Below, one piece after another: positions 37,932 to 50,528 of a DNA stretch of 64,000 bases (the stretch's first letter is position 1; every line of letters starts with the position of its first letter). Below the pieces are notes generated by a model, which did not search any database, was not told the DNA's origin, and was given only the letters and a program-made list of their open reading frames with translations. The stretch lies in the NCBI GenBank assembly GCA_046563655.1, contig CM102286.1, positions 1,488,001-1,552,000 of the forward strand, written 5' to 3'. The stretch comes from Yuukianura sp. NJ FZ-2021. Taxonomy: Eukaryota. The translations under genes and the position numbers were made by a program.

Positions 37932-40370
37932 ATGTGCGGAATTTGTGGATGGATTTCGTTTTTGAAAAGCGGGGAAGATGGGGAAGAGCAATGTGTTCAA
38001 GAATCTTTGGAAAATCGTTTAAACATTGCCAATTCCTTAGTTCAAACGCTTATCCCAAGAGGGCCGGATGACCAAGGCATTTGGAATTCTGAAGACGAAT
38101 GTTGTATTTTTGGACACACGAGACTCATCGTTGTAGATCCAGAAGGTAAACAAGAAAAAATCAGAAAATTTTGAAAAAATTTTTGAGTAGCAAGGTTTTT
38201 TTTTTAAATTCACTGATTTGCTCGGTATTGTGCAGGAGGAAAACAGCCAATGACAGCTTGTGACAAAAATGGCGTCTCTTATACGATTACTTACAACGGA
38301 GAGTTGTACAACACAAATGAGCTCAGAAATGAACTCATCAGCAAAGGTCAATAGTTCAAACCAAATTTCATCAACATTACATTATTTCAAAAACTAAAAT
38401 ACGTTACAAAAATTTTCATACCTTTGAAGGTCATTCTTTCAAGTCGTATTCGGACACGGAAGTACTTTTGCATGCTTACATGGTACAAAAACTCATCAGA
38501 CTTTTTTAAACTACTTTTCAAACAATTTTTTAAAAAGCCATTTCTTCAAATTTTGAATGAAAAAAATGAAATTTTTTGCATTTTAGGAGTGGAACTCAAA
38601 ATGTTTGGCCCGCTTGGAAGGAATTTTTGCTTTTGGAATTTGGTCCAAAGGTCAACTGTTTTTTGCAAGAGATCGCCTAGGGGTCAAGCCCTTCTTCTAC
38701 TCAGTTTTCCCGCAAAATTTCATTTTTGCAAGTGAAATGAAGGCTCTTCTGGAACATCCACTCGTGTCACGTGACGTTCCGTTTGATGCTCTCGCAACAC
38801 TTTTTGCCGTTGGATATATTCGACCTGTTGGATTCGTTCCGTTCAAAGACATCCAAGAACTACTGCCAGGATTTGCTGGAACGGTAAGTTGAATTTCAAA
38901 ATTTTAGAAAAATTGTTGTTTTAAAGTTAACTTTTTTGTAAGTTTTCTGAAAATGGACTTGAACTTTGGAAGTACTGGGACCTCGATCCGTCTTTTACGC
39001 AAGATTCTTTGGAAGAAGCGAGTTCAAAAATTCATTCCCTTCTGAAAAATGCTACTTCCAGACAAACATTTGCTGATGTTCCATTTGGAACACTTTTGAG
39101 TGGAGGGATTGACAGTACTGCGTTGATGCATTTCGTGTACGAAAAGTTTTTAACCGACGGCGGGAAACCGAAACTTCAAACATTCAGTCTGGAATTGCCT
39201 GAGTACAACAAATATTTTCAGGTCGGACTATTTTGAAACTGAAATTTTTTGAAATCGTTCGAAAATTCGTTGTAAGTTTTCAATATTTTAGCCAACGGTC
39301 GGTCGAGCTGATAATGACGAAGATTTTATCCGACTGTGCTGTTTCAAATACGAAATCAACCATACTTGGGTGGCTGAAACAAGTGAAGAAATTGTTTCTG
39401 CCGTGGAGGGAGCAACTATGGCCAAAGACTATCCAATTATGGGTGACCTTGACCTGACCTTGTTTCTACTTTTCAAAAAAGTGAAACCTACAGTAACCGT
39501 GCTACTATCGGGAGAAGGAGCTGACGAAATATTTGGAGGCTACAAGCACATGTACTTCGATAACTGCTATCCTGGCATTCCGGTGGCTTCAACTGCAGTC
39601 AGTTATGGGTCACTTCTGAAAGATGAGGTCAAAGGTCAACTGGATCTCGAAGCAAAAGTTATCGAACTGTATCAGAATGTTGTCAAGGGCTATGTACCGC
39701 CTTCTGAAGGCAGTCCAGAAGAAGTGGAATTTCAAAGACGAACGTACTTCCATATCAAATTTTGGCTTCCGTTTATGTTAGAGAGAAAGGTTAGGAAAAC
39801 TATTTTTTTCCCGAAATTTTGATTGTTTTTAATTTTGGATTTTGGATCAAAATTTTGAAAAAATAGGACCTTATGAGCATGAGCTCGGGAGTAGAAGTTC
39901 GCGTACCGTTTACGGACCACACTCTTGTGCAATACGCTTTTCAAATTCCAAAGTGTTGCAAAATGCACGACGGAGTGGAAAAATATGTTTTTCGAAACAG
40001 TATGAAAAATGAGAAAAAATTCCCGGAGGAAATACGTACACGGACAAAGGTGGCGCTAAGGAAATTTTTAATTTGAAATTTTTTTAAAACTTTTTTGAAA
40101 ATTTGCGTTTTCTAATTTCAGAGTCCTTATCCCACAAGTATCAACACTCGCACGGTTCAACTGTGTGGTAACCTTCTGGGAACTATTTTTCAAAATCCAG
40201 AACAAGAACCACTTTTTCAGTGGTTTGATTACGAAAAATTGAAAATCGAACTTGAAAATGATTTTCAAAATTACACTGAAAAATTCTCCGTGACGTCACG
40301 GCTTTGGATTTATATCAATCTCTACAGTCTCAACTTTTGGTTTAAACATAACAAAGTCAATGTTGTTTAG
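37932..40370 (+). CDS. asnO: Glutamine-hydrolysing asparagine synthetase-family amidotransferase of bacterial AsnO/LtsA type, 627 aa; 8 exons (37932-38145, 38236-38346, 38430-38482, 38587-38883, 38943-39221, 39292-39789, 39867-40049, 40122-40370)
   Basis: MCGICGW (Ntn Cys), RGPD, FGHTRLIVVDPEGGKQPM, YNGELYN, SDTEV, ARDRLGVKPFFY, FASEMKALLEHP, LLSGGIDS, LSGEGADEIFGGY, LERKDLMSMSSGVEVRVPFTDH, KSPYP. Exons total 1884 nt, open frame. Confidence 0.9.
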
Positions 40371-40694
40371 CAACTAAACACAAGTTTTAAATTTAAGTTT
40401 TTGAAAAATTACTTTCCAAAATCATCCTTCCAAAAATTGAATTAAAAAAGTATGCAAAAGCATGAAGACCATGGTTACCATGGAAACATTTTTTTCAAAA
40501 AGCCAGGTTTGTTGATCTTCTTTGTTTACAAAGTTCACGGCCGTCTCCACTACCACTCTTGCGCCATTTTCAAAATTTGAATTTTCGTTACTCCTCGCTC
40601 CGGCAGTCACGCCCGTCGACCTCTCCAGGAATTTCAAAATTTTGTCCACTTTTTCAAAACTTTCTTGAAGTAACTACAACTCATCGTCGTCATA

Positions 40695-43600
40695 ATGCCT
40701 GGGAGAGGCAACGCACGTCAAAATGTCGCCAACAAGCGATGTCGCTGCTCATCGCCCACCGAGACTCCGCGCAAAATTCGCCGACCTCAAGCTCCGCCCC
40801 CTTTCCGAACACTTCCGACGCCGATTACGCCCCAAAACGACTCGGCCGAATACAGACTCATCAGACTCCGGAACGGTCTCAAAGTATTGCTCATTTCAAG
40901 TCATGAAAATGAAAACGCGAATCCTGATTGGACGCTCAAGTTTCCTGGATACAGTAAGTGACCTTTGACATTTGACCTTTGACCTTTTGACACTTTTTTG
41001 TGTTTTCAGTGTCGAATGAGCCTGATGTCGAGAAATTGTCGTTGACCCCGAAACTTCCAAGCTACTTGCCCGTGAATCGCCCATCTCTGGGCTGCGGTGG
41101 AGGTTCTGACGGATGTTCGCGTGGGTGCGGATGTTTCGCAGGCCCAGAATGCTCCATTTCGATTTCTGTTAAGGCTGGCAGTTTTGCAGATCCATTGCAG
41201 TTTCAAGGCATTGCCCATTTTGTTGAACATGTTGTTCATCATGGCACGACAACTTTTCCAGGAGAGAATTCGTTTTCTGAATTTATTCAAGTAAGGTTTT
41301 TAGAAAAATGGAATTTAGAACAAAAAAAAATTTCAATGTTTGTTTTTTTTAGAAACACGATGGCATTACAAATGCCTGTACGGACAAGACTTTCACGAAC
41401 TACTTCGCCGCGATCAAATCCGGAAGAGATTCAGTTCGCGAGCTGTGCAAACGTTATGGTTCTATGCTAACTGAGCCATTGTTGACCGTGGATTCTATTA
41501 CACGCGAAATTGAAAGTGTGGATAACGGTAACTTTTCAAAATTTTTAATTTTTTTGGATTTTTTTTTAACCTTGGACTTTTTAAATTTTAGAGTACTTCA
41601 TGCGCAAGTCTGGCCACGGTTTTCGTCAAAACCATTTGCTTAATGTCACAACTGTGAAAAATGAGCAGCATCCACTACGCAAGTTTTCTGTTGGATCAAA
41701 AGAAGGCCTAATGAACCCCTCTGTGCCAAATTCTAACATTCTTCTGCGAGATGCCTCTGTTCGGTTCATTCGAACGCATTACTTTGGACCAAACATGTCC
41801 GTTGTCGTGAAGGTAACTGTTTGCTTTTTAAATTTTGAAAGTTTTTGAAATTTTGGATTTTGAAATTTTAGTCTCCAGAGAGCCTGGATTTCTTACAAGA
41901 ATGTGTCGTGGAGAGTTTCTCAGGAGTTTCTGCGGAAAGCCAGTATCCAGATGACCTTGAAGAATGTGCTGAAGAGCTGCCCTATGACAAAGCATTGTTT
42001 AACAGAGCATATTCTGTCAAACCTTCGAATATGGACGGTCACATGGTAACCAAATTTTGAAATTTTGGATTTTTAAAAAACGAATTTTGATTTCAAATTT
42101 TGAATTTTAGCTTTTCATGGCATGGGCTCTCCCACCGACAGTTTGGAAAGACTACAAATCAAAAACGCTGAAATACCTTGAATGCATTCTAAGCCACAAC
42201 GCTCCTGGTGGCCTCGCACATTACCTCCGAACACGGTTTTTTCAAAATTTGAAAAATTGAAAGTATTTTGGAATTGAAAGTTGAAATTCATAAATTTGAT
42301 TTAGTGGTTACATCATCTCGCTTAACGTGGCCAACGAAGGTGGAATGTTCCGAAACGACTACACGACACTTTTGCAACTGCAATTCATTCTAACAGAATC
42401 CGGTCGAAACTGTATCAAGGAAGTTCTGTTGGCCACCTTCTCTTACTTGAAATTGCACCGGCAAAAAGGCCCTCAAAAACTGATTTTTGCACAACTCGAC
42501 GAGGCTGACACAATTCAGTTGGAAAATTTTGAAATGCTGACATCTTTGGATCAAATCATGCGTATTTCGAACCAAATGCATACCTACGATGACCAGGACA
42601 TTCTCGTCGGAGATTCAACTCCACGCGGGAGATTTGTGCAAAAACGAATCAAGAAATGTCTTGACCTTTTGACCCCATCGGCAGTGAATATGATCTTGTT
42701 TACTTCCAAAATTAGCGAGCCGAATCTAACCGAACAAATTTTCGGTTCACGCTACATCGTCGGAGGTATATTATGCTTAACTGATTAAAACTTAATTAAA
42801 ATTAGATAACTGGACTTAATTATGACTAAAATAACTTAAAATTTTAATATTTTTGATAGAGATTGGTTCTCATTTGGATTCCTTTGAAAACGTCCGAATT
42901 TTCGACGATTTCTGCATCATTTCGGCACGGAACGCCCATCTCACCCAAATGCTTCAATCGACATCGGAAAGTGGAGAGGGCGATGGGCAATTCGTTTCCG
43001 AAGCTGGAGTTATTCGTAATTTTTTAAATTTTGAAAATTTTGAATTTTTTAAAATGATTTTGAACGATTAAAATTTTCCCGCGCTTTTTAATTTTAGACG
43101 CCTCCGAGAAAGTGGCCATGAGTTGCATTCCTGGTGGGCGCATGACATCGGATCAAGTTGGTTTTTACTTGGAGGCCAAGTTCAGCATGATGCCACAAGA
43201 TGCCCATGTCAATCACCCGCTTTTTGAAGTTCTGGCCTTCATGCTCTACCTTGACCTCCTCCCGCGAATTTTTCATCAAGTTGATGCTGGATTTCAATGC
43301 GGAGTGGTTGCCCAAGATGGAGCAATTGCTTTTATTGGACGTGGATTGATGTCACGAGGGGTCATTGACTGCGTCATGGAGTACATCAATCGCTTTGACA
43401 GTTTCTCGTCCAACATCAGCGAAAGAATTTTCGAAGCAGCCAAACAAATGTGGCTCCACATCAATTTTTTCCAAGCTGCCCAACCCTGGACAATGGCACG
43501 GTAAAACAAAGATTTTAAGTTTGTGGATTTTTTGAATTTGGATTTTTCTAAACTTTGGATTTTTCGAGTGAATTTTATTCACTTTGGAATTATTTGGATT

Positions 43601-44945
43601 ATTTTAGGCTTTGGATTTGTTAAAATTTTGGATTTCTTTGAATTTTTGAACAGAAGTTTGAGCCTGCGCCTCAAGCACATGGATTTTTTGACGCCCGTTG
43701 AGGCCTACGATAAGATCAAATGTTTTACGTTTGACGACATGCGTGGACTTGTGACTGAGGTCAAACGGAACATGTTTTTCTGCTGCCAAGCTCTTGGCAA
43801 AGTGCGCCGCTCAGATGCTGCCCGATTGTACACACGACTGGAAAATTTTGATACTTGCGCCATTTCTCCACAAACCTTACGTCAGATGATGGTGAGCAGT
43901 TGAATTTTTAAAAAATTTGATTAAAACTAAACATTTTTTGTCATTTCAAAATTTTAGTTTGCTCAAATGCAACCTGAAGTGAACACATATCCTGTGGGGG
44001 ATCGTTGTCTTCGCATGAAGTCGCTTGTTCAAGATGAAAAAGTTTTTGTTGTGGCCAATGACTACCAAATGGGAACTCGAGATCCATTCAACGATGCAAT
44101 GACAATGATGATTTGTGTAAAATTGGATTTTATTTAAATTAGTAATTGAATTAATTAATTTATATTATTATGTTTTTAGGAGTCACTTTCAGAGAAAATC
44201 TATTACAAGCTACGCACTGTGGAGCAATTGGGTTACCTCGTCGCTTTAGTGCCATTTGTAACTCCGGAGCACTCTGGAGTGACCATCTACGTTTGCGCAC
44301 ATATTGACAAACACACGTCAGAAACTTAAAATTTTTAAAATCTAGTAAATTTTCAAAAAAAAAACTTATTTAAAAAAATTTTTTTTTTGTTTCAGTCCGT
44401 GTTTTATTGATCACCGGATTGAAACATTTCTGGCGGAGTATTTTCAAAATGATTTCACCTGTGAGAAGGTGTCGCAGACTATTGCCAAAAACCGCGTCAT
44501 GTGTGTCGTAAGTTTCAAAATTTTGAAAAAACATGAAGTTTTTAATTTTAAAGTGACATTTTTGAACAATTTAAACAAAAGTTTTTTGATAAATTCCAGG
44601 GTCCTCGTACAGTTCGAGAGTACTACGAAACCCATCTCCTCAATCCAGCTTTCAAGTCAAAAGTGTCGATTCAAGTAATACAGTGCAATTCAAAACGAAA
44701 CATTTTTGGAACTTTTTCAAAATTTTGAAACTTTTTTTCAGGTTGTCCCAAATGATGATTTTGACGCTCCAAATGGAATGGGTAACGCAGAGTCAAGTGA
44801 CTTTCAATGTCATCGCTCCCATTGGCTCCCTCCGGCTACGCAAATCGGAAACGAAAAGGTTGATGTGATGTTTGCAGCGGGCATTGATTGCGAAAGTCAA
44901 AGTTACTTCATCACGTCAATTGACGGCTTCTATCAGCAAAACTGA
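40695..44945 (+). CDS. Divergent M16A metallopeptidase (insulysin/nardilysin family), multi-exon
   Basis: DSAEYRLIRLRNGLKVLLIS, VKAGSFADP...GIAHFVEH (HxxEH), FPGENSF, TNACT, REIESVDN|E (third Zn ligand region), HPLRKFSVGS, LRTVEQLGYLV, KVSIQVV. Confidence 0.88.
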
Positions 44946-45375
44946 ACTCATCGAAATTTCGAAAACTTTTCAAAACCAATTTTTACCCATAACGTATACC
45001 ACCCCAATTCAAAATTGTCTAAATTTTTACAAAATTTGGTAAGAAGTTGAATTTTTGTTGGAATTAAAGTCTTCGCATTAACAAAACCTTGAATTAATGA
45101 ATTTCATAAAAAAAACTTGTTCTTGTTTCAAAAAATTTTGCTGAACTTTTTTTTTTGTAATGGATAGAATTAGGTCACAAAAAATAGAGCTAAACGGAAG
45201 GAAAAGTTGCCGGAAGTGGAAATGTGGTAAATTTTTTTTTTAAACTTTACAATTTATAGTAAAGCTTGCATGTTGCATGTAAAGCATTATTTGCAAAAGT
45301 CACATTTTCAAACATTTGAAGATAAAATTCTTAAGACTTGGTAAAAACTAAATTTTTGAAACACTTTTTTCCGAC

Positions 45376-48300
45376 ATGAAGATGTTGCGAATTTTTGTCG
45401 CTGTAATATTGGCCAATTGCGTTATTTGTTCTCTGGCGGCGCTAAAAGGTTTTTAAAAAATGTATTTGCAAAATAATTTATAATAACGAGACAAATTGTG
45501 TAAAATGTTATGTTTTTATTTAAAGCAGAACAAAAGTCATTGACTGATTGGAATTTTAATGAACATGGACATCTACCACCAGAAAATGAAAATTTTGGAC
45601 AAAAATTTGGACATAAAAAGAGAGCTTCTCCGGGTCAAATTTTTACAAAAATCCGTGAAACTTTTGAAGATGTGGTGAAACTTGATGCTCTTTTTGGAAA
45701 ACACATGGACTTGCTGGACAAATTTTTGAGTGCCAATTTGCTTCCAAAAGGCTCTGGTCCACTGTTGCCAATTCCAAAGGCTCTCCTTGATCTTGGAGTT
45801 TTGCGCCAACTTTTTCATAGCGGTTCACAAAATGTTCGATCAACAGCAGTCTGTCATGCTTGTCGTGTCGGCGCAGGACTCTTCATGTTCAAGGTACAGA
45901 ACAAAGGTTTTTCAATAAATATTGGAAGTGAATGTTTTGAAAATTCCCGCCAATTTTGAATAGGCTCGAACTGGACTTGCTTTTAAAGAACTGCAAGGAA
46001 TGGCTATTCTTGCATGCAAAATATTCAAAATTTCTTCTGCCGAAGTCTGTACCGGATTGGTTGAAATTTACGCGCCAATTTTGCAGTTCATTTCAAACGA
46101 ACGGCAAGATTTGACTCCAGATCGTTTTTGCGGAGTTGTTTTGCAGTCGTTCGGGTGCATTGCAAGAGATTGGAAAAAATTTGAGTGGAACATTGACCTA
46201 GACGATGGAGAATCTGAGGAACGTGAAATCGACGACACTTATATACCAGTAACCACTCACGAGGAGAGGCTTTCAGCCTTTTCTCAAAATAAAGTATGGG
46301 ACTAGTCGTAAAAAATTTCTTATAATTAAAAAGAAATTTTGACTTTTTCTTCGGATTGTGAAACGAAAATAGTGTCAAAATTTTTCTTTAATTATAAGAA
46401 ATTTTTTGCGACTAGTCCCATAATTTATTGTAAGAAACGCCTGATAGCCTCTCCTCGTCAGAATTTGAAACTTTTTTGTATGAAATTTTAAAATTTAAGT
46501 TTTTTGCGTGTTTTTAAGTTAGGTGTGTATGATCCGCTTGTGAAGATTGTTCATTTAGCGGACATTCATGTTGACCCACATTATGTCGTTGGGTCACGAG
46601 CTGTTTGTGAAAATGAATTGTGCTGTCGTGACAAAATGAGCGACACAGAAGCTTCTGCTCAGCCGCAAAATGGTGCCGGATTTTTTGGAGATTTAAGAAA
46701 ATGTGATGTTCCTTATCACTCCCTTGTGAATACACTGGAACACATTGCATATAAGCATCCAGTAAGCCAAAATTTTAGAAACTCCAAATTTTTGAAATTT
46801 AAAAACCCAACTTTTCTGAAATTTTAGGATACGGATTTGATTTACATGACTGGAGATTTGGTGCCGCATGATGTATGGAGCACTGACCCCAACACGAACA
46901 TTGAAATTATTGGCAACATTTCTGTTTTACTCAAAAATTATTTTCCAAACGCCCAAGTCATTCCAGTAATTGGGAATCATGAGAGCCATCCAGTCAATTT
47001 GTAGGATTTGCAAAATTTAGCTTCAAAAAAGTGAAATTTTTTGGGTTTTGTCATTTGAATTTTTTTTTTAGATTTGCTCCATCGGGGTTAAAAATTTTGA
47101 AAAAATATTCAACAAATTGGCTCTACTCTGCTGCTCTATCAGCATGGAGCAATTGGATTCCAGAATCTGAACACGAACAATTTTTGCGTTCGGGGTATTA
47201 CACGGTCAAAGTTCGTCAAAATTTCAGAATTGTTGTCATCAACACAAACTTTTGTTATGGATTCAACTTGTAAGGATCCAAAACTATTTGTAAAAAATGA
47301 TCTAGAATTTCCTCTCTTTTTTTTAATTTTGAATTTGAAAAACAAATTTCTGAGAAATTTTGAAACTTTTAGTTGGCAGTTGTACAGCTTCAAAGATCCA
47401 GAAAATCATTTGAAGTGGCTTAACAAAGTTCTCGGACATGCCAAAAAACATGGCGAATTTGTACATATTGTCGGTCACGTGCCAGCGGGAATGGAGGAAT
47501 GCGTGTCCAGTTGGAGTCGAAATTTCTACAACATCATTCGCAAGTAAAAACCACACACTTTTCAGATGAGGTCAAAGGTCAAGGTTACAACTTTTTTAGA
47601 TATAAAAATACTGTTCGAGCCCAGTTCTATGGTCATACACATTTTGACGAACTGCAATTGTACTATGACGCCAAATCGGAAGTGGCCACACCTATGACAC
47701 CCGTGTTCCTAGGCCCATCTCTCTCACCTTTTATCAATCTTAACCCAGGATACAAGGTTTACTACGTAGATGGCGCCAGAGGTCCCGATTTGTCGTCTTG
47801 GCAGGTCATTGACTTTGAGACGTGGATTTACAACTTGACACACGCAAACCTTGACCCAAGCACTTCTCCGCATTGGTATCCTCTCTATAGAGCTTCTGAA
47901 GCCTACGACATACCGGATGTTCTGCCAAAGTCAATTGATAAGCTAATTCAACGTATGGCGGGAAACCAAACGCTGTTTGAACAGTATTACAAGTAAGACA
48001 TACATTCGATTCCTTGCCATTTCTTCGAATAGACATTATCGAATTGAATTGTTTCCAAAAATAATTGTTCCGATTTATTTGCTCAATTTTATGCCTAATC
48101 TAATCCAAATTAATCTCACCTAAGCCTTTAACCCTAAACAATTTGTGTTTCGAAATAATTATTTTTCGGAACAATTTGCGTTCGTAACAATCTATTCAAA
48201 ACAATGGCGTGTTCCCTTAAAATACAAATTCCATGCCACTGCTTCGAATAGACATGTTTTGAATTGAATAGTTTCGAAAAAACAATTGTTTCGAAACGCC

Positions 48301-48690
48301 CAATTTTATCCCTAAAACCTAATTCCACCATAATTTTGAAAATTTCAACAATATTTTAACTTTGAAAAATTGGTACTTTTTGCAATTATTTTTCAAATTT
48401 TCAGATTTTACTTCAAAGCTACTGAGGAGTCACTGAAAGAGGAATGCAACGAAGTATGTCGTAAACGAATCATGTGCAACATGGTGACCTCTTACTACGA
48501 AGGTCAAACGGAGTGCGTTCAACTCGAAAGTGGAATTGATGGCGTCATTCTTCCGAAACAACTTTTTGAAAAATTTCGAACAATTGTTATCCAACCTCTG
48601 GATAAACTTTTGTTAGCTCCACTGGACAAAGCCATTGTAAAGCCACTGGAGCGAGTTGGGAAAAAGTTGGTGAACTTTTTCAGGGGTTAA
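45376..48690 (+). CDS. Acid sphingomyelinase (SMPD1-like): signal peptide, saposin B domain, calcineurin-like phosphoesterase
   Basis: MKMLRIFVAVILANCVICSLA; saposin Cys pattern CHAC...C...EVCTG...FCGVV...GC; DIHVD, LCCR, GDLRKCDVP, TGDLVPHD, GNHESHP, GHVP, FYGHTHFDE, NPGYKVY. Metal-ligand motifs intact. Confidence 0.93.
46260..46457. mobile_element. ~198-bp foldback MITE with 3-bp TCA target-site duplication (PIF/Harbinger-like) in an ASM intron
   Basis: tca|CGAGGAGAGGC...gggactagtcgtaaaaaatttcttataattaaa...ttttgac is mirrored by gtcaaaa...taattataagaaattttttgcgactagtccc...GCCTCTCCTCG|tca; arms about 85 bp. Confidence 0.8.
48010..48300. repeat. Intronic imperfect direct repeat (~60 bp, ~220 bp apart), probable transposon remnant
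   Basis: ttcgaatagacat...gaattgaat..tttc.aaaa..aattgtt occurs at ~48024 and ~48243. Confidence 0.55.
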
Positions 48691-49023
48691 TTTATTTGAC
48701 CTCCTTTATTAGTGTTCTAGACGCGCAATTAAGCCTGTAATGTATCATTGCTTAAACGTTTTGAATTTGGAACTTTAAAAATATAAATTTTAATCCAGAT
48801 TTATGCGTCATCCTATTTGATATTTAGTGTGACTACTTTAGATTAGAAGTGACACAAGGTCAGATAGTGGCAAGTGTCAATTGAAAAAACTTCAAATTGG
48901 TGGTGTATTTTGAACTTTTCGAAAGTAGTTTAGATTTTGACGTTGACAAATAAACAAAATCAAAAACTGAAACGCAAATTCGAGAGATAAAGAAACGTTT
49001 TTTGAAAAGTTAAACTTTTCAAA

Positions 49024-49964
49024 ATGAGACGATTTGCGCTATTGGTACTGATTTTAGGAGTAGTGCGAGCTAGAAATATTTTTCAGCAAGGAGTCGAAAA
49101 AGGTAAACTTTCATAATTTTGAAAAACTTCTGAAATTTTGCAAATATTTGTGAAATTTTTGGATTTCGGGCTTTAGGCTTGATTCCTATTGGTTCGCGCC
49201 CACTTGAAAGTCGAGAACGCCGTTCAGTTGATGACGATGACGATCGCGGGGCTCAAAATATTTACTACGTCAGTCGTACTCCGGTAAGTTTTAAAATTCT
49301 CTAAAAAAAATAGGAATAAATTTTTTTGACCACCAAAATTTTTCAAAATTTTTGAACTTCTTTCAAATTTCAAGGCCGTTTGGGGCACTGCTTGGTTGAC
49401 CTGTCGTCAGGCCATGAATGGTCAACTGCTCACAGTTGAAACTGAAGCCGAAGACCAATTTATCCGTGACCTTCTCATTGAAAATCACATTGGTGAAATC
49501 CAGTTTCAAAATTTTGAATTTTTACTTTTTTTTAAAGGATTATTATGAAAATAAGTTCTGTTTGGTTCTGTACAGCAAGCGTGTGGACTTCTGGAGCATT
49601 TGATGCCGACCTTGGAATTTGGCGTTGGGTTTCCACTGGAGGAGAGATTGTTTACAGCAAATGGCTGCCCAATCAGCCATCGGCATCAAACGGCGCCGCT
49701 CGAATCGTAATTCAAAATTCTTTGTTTTCAAGTGGTTGGGCCACTGTGGAAGAAGATACGGCAGGTCACTACATTTGTGAGGTCAGGTCAGGACCAGTGT
49801 CTCAACCTACCCCATCCACAACTGTAGCCACTACAATTCCAACTGAAACTCCCGCTCCAACTACTCCTCTCCCACCAGAGACTACCACCTACGTACATCA
49901 AGATCCACCACCACAATTTGAAGAAGTTCATGAAGATACTGCCACAAGTGCTCCAGAGTACTAA
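49024..49964 (+). CDS. Secreted C-type lectin-domain protein with Thr/Pro-rich tail (paralog 1), 4 exons
   Basis: Signal peptide MRRFALLVLILGVVRA; YYVSRTP|AVWGTAWLTCRQAMNGQLLTVETEAEDQFI; VWTSG; WRWVSTG; WLPNQPS; YICE. Confidence 0.88.
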
Positions 49965-50528
49965 AAATTAAAAATCTAACTAAATTCCAAAATATCTGGT
50001 GTCAATTAATACTTTTGATTTATTAGAAATTAGCAAATCACGAATTTTAAAATGTCGACGCACGTCCAGGAAAACTTGTGAAACGCAGATTTCATAGTCT
50101 CGCATAAAAAAAAGTGAACAACCCCTTGCACAATGCCGCAGGAAAAATCAACCCTCATGCATTTCCAATGAAATTGACGTCAGAAATTCCCTTACTGCTA
50201 TAAGAATTTAGTAATGTGTTATGCACATACACAAAAAATAATAATTTTACTATGTTGACTGTTATTCAATGTCGAGATTCACTTCTGAGAAACACTTTCA
50301 ATAAAATAGTTGCAAAAACAAAATTGCCAAAACAGGTTTCAACAATTTACGTCTACATTTCCACCGAAATTGTAACTTTATTTGCGTACTTTCTACTTTT
50401 TAGCAAGAAAAACAAAACTTGTCTTGAGTGTTCAAATTCAGTGCCAAATATAATACTAAACTGACAACAATTTTAGAAAAGTTGGTCAAAAAACTGAAAA
50501 ATTGAAACAGTCACAAAAACTTTCAGAA

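Noticed and set aside
37932..40370. AsnO-like gene as bacterial contamination, beta-lactam synthetase or lasso-peptide cyclase
   Set aside because: Seven GT-AG introns and animal neighbours argue against contamination. The intact N-terminal Cys and glutaminase motifs argue against beta-lactam synthetase and lasso cyclase, which lack a functional glutaminase Cys.
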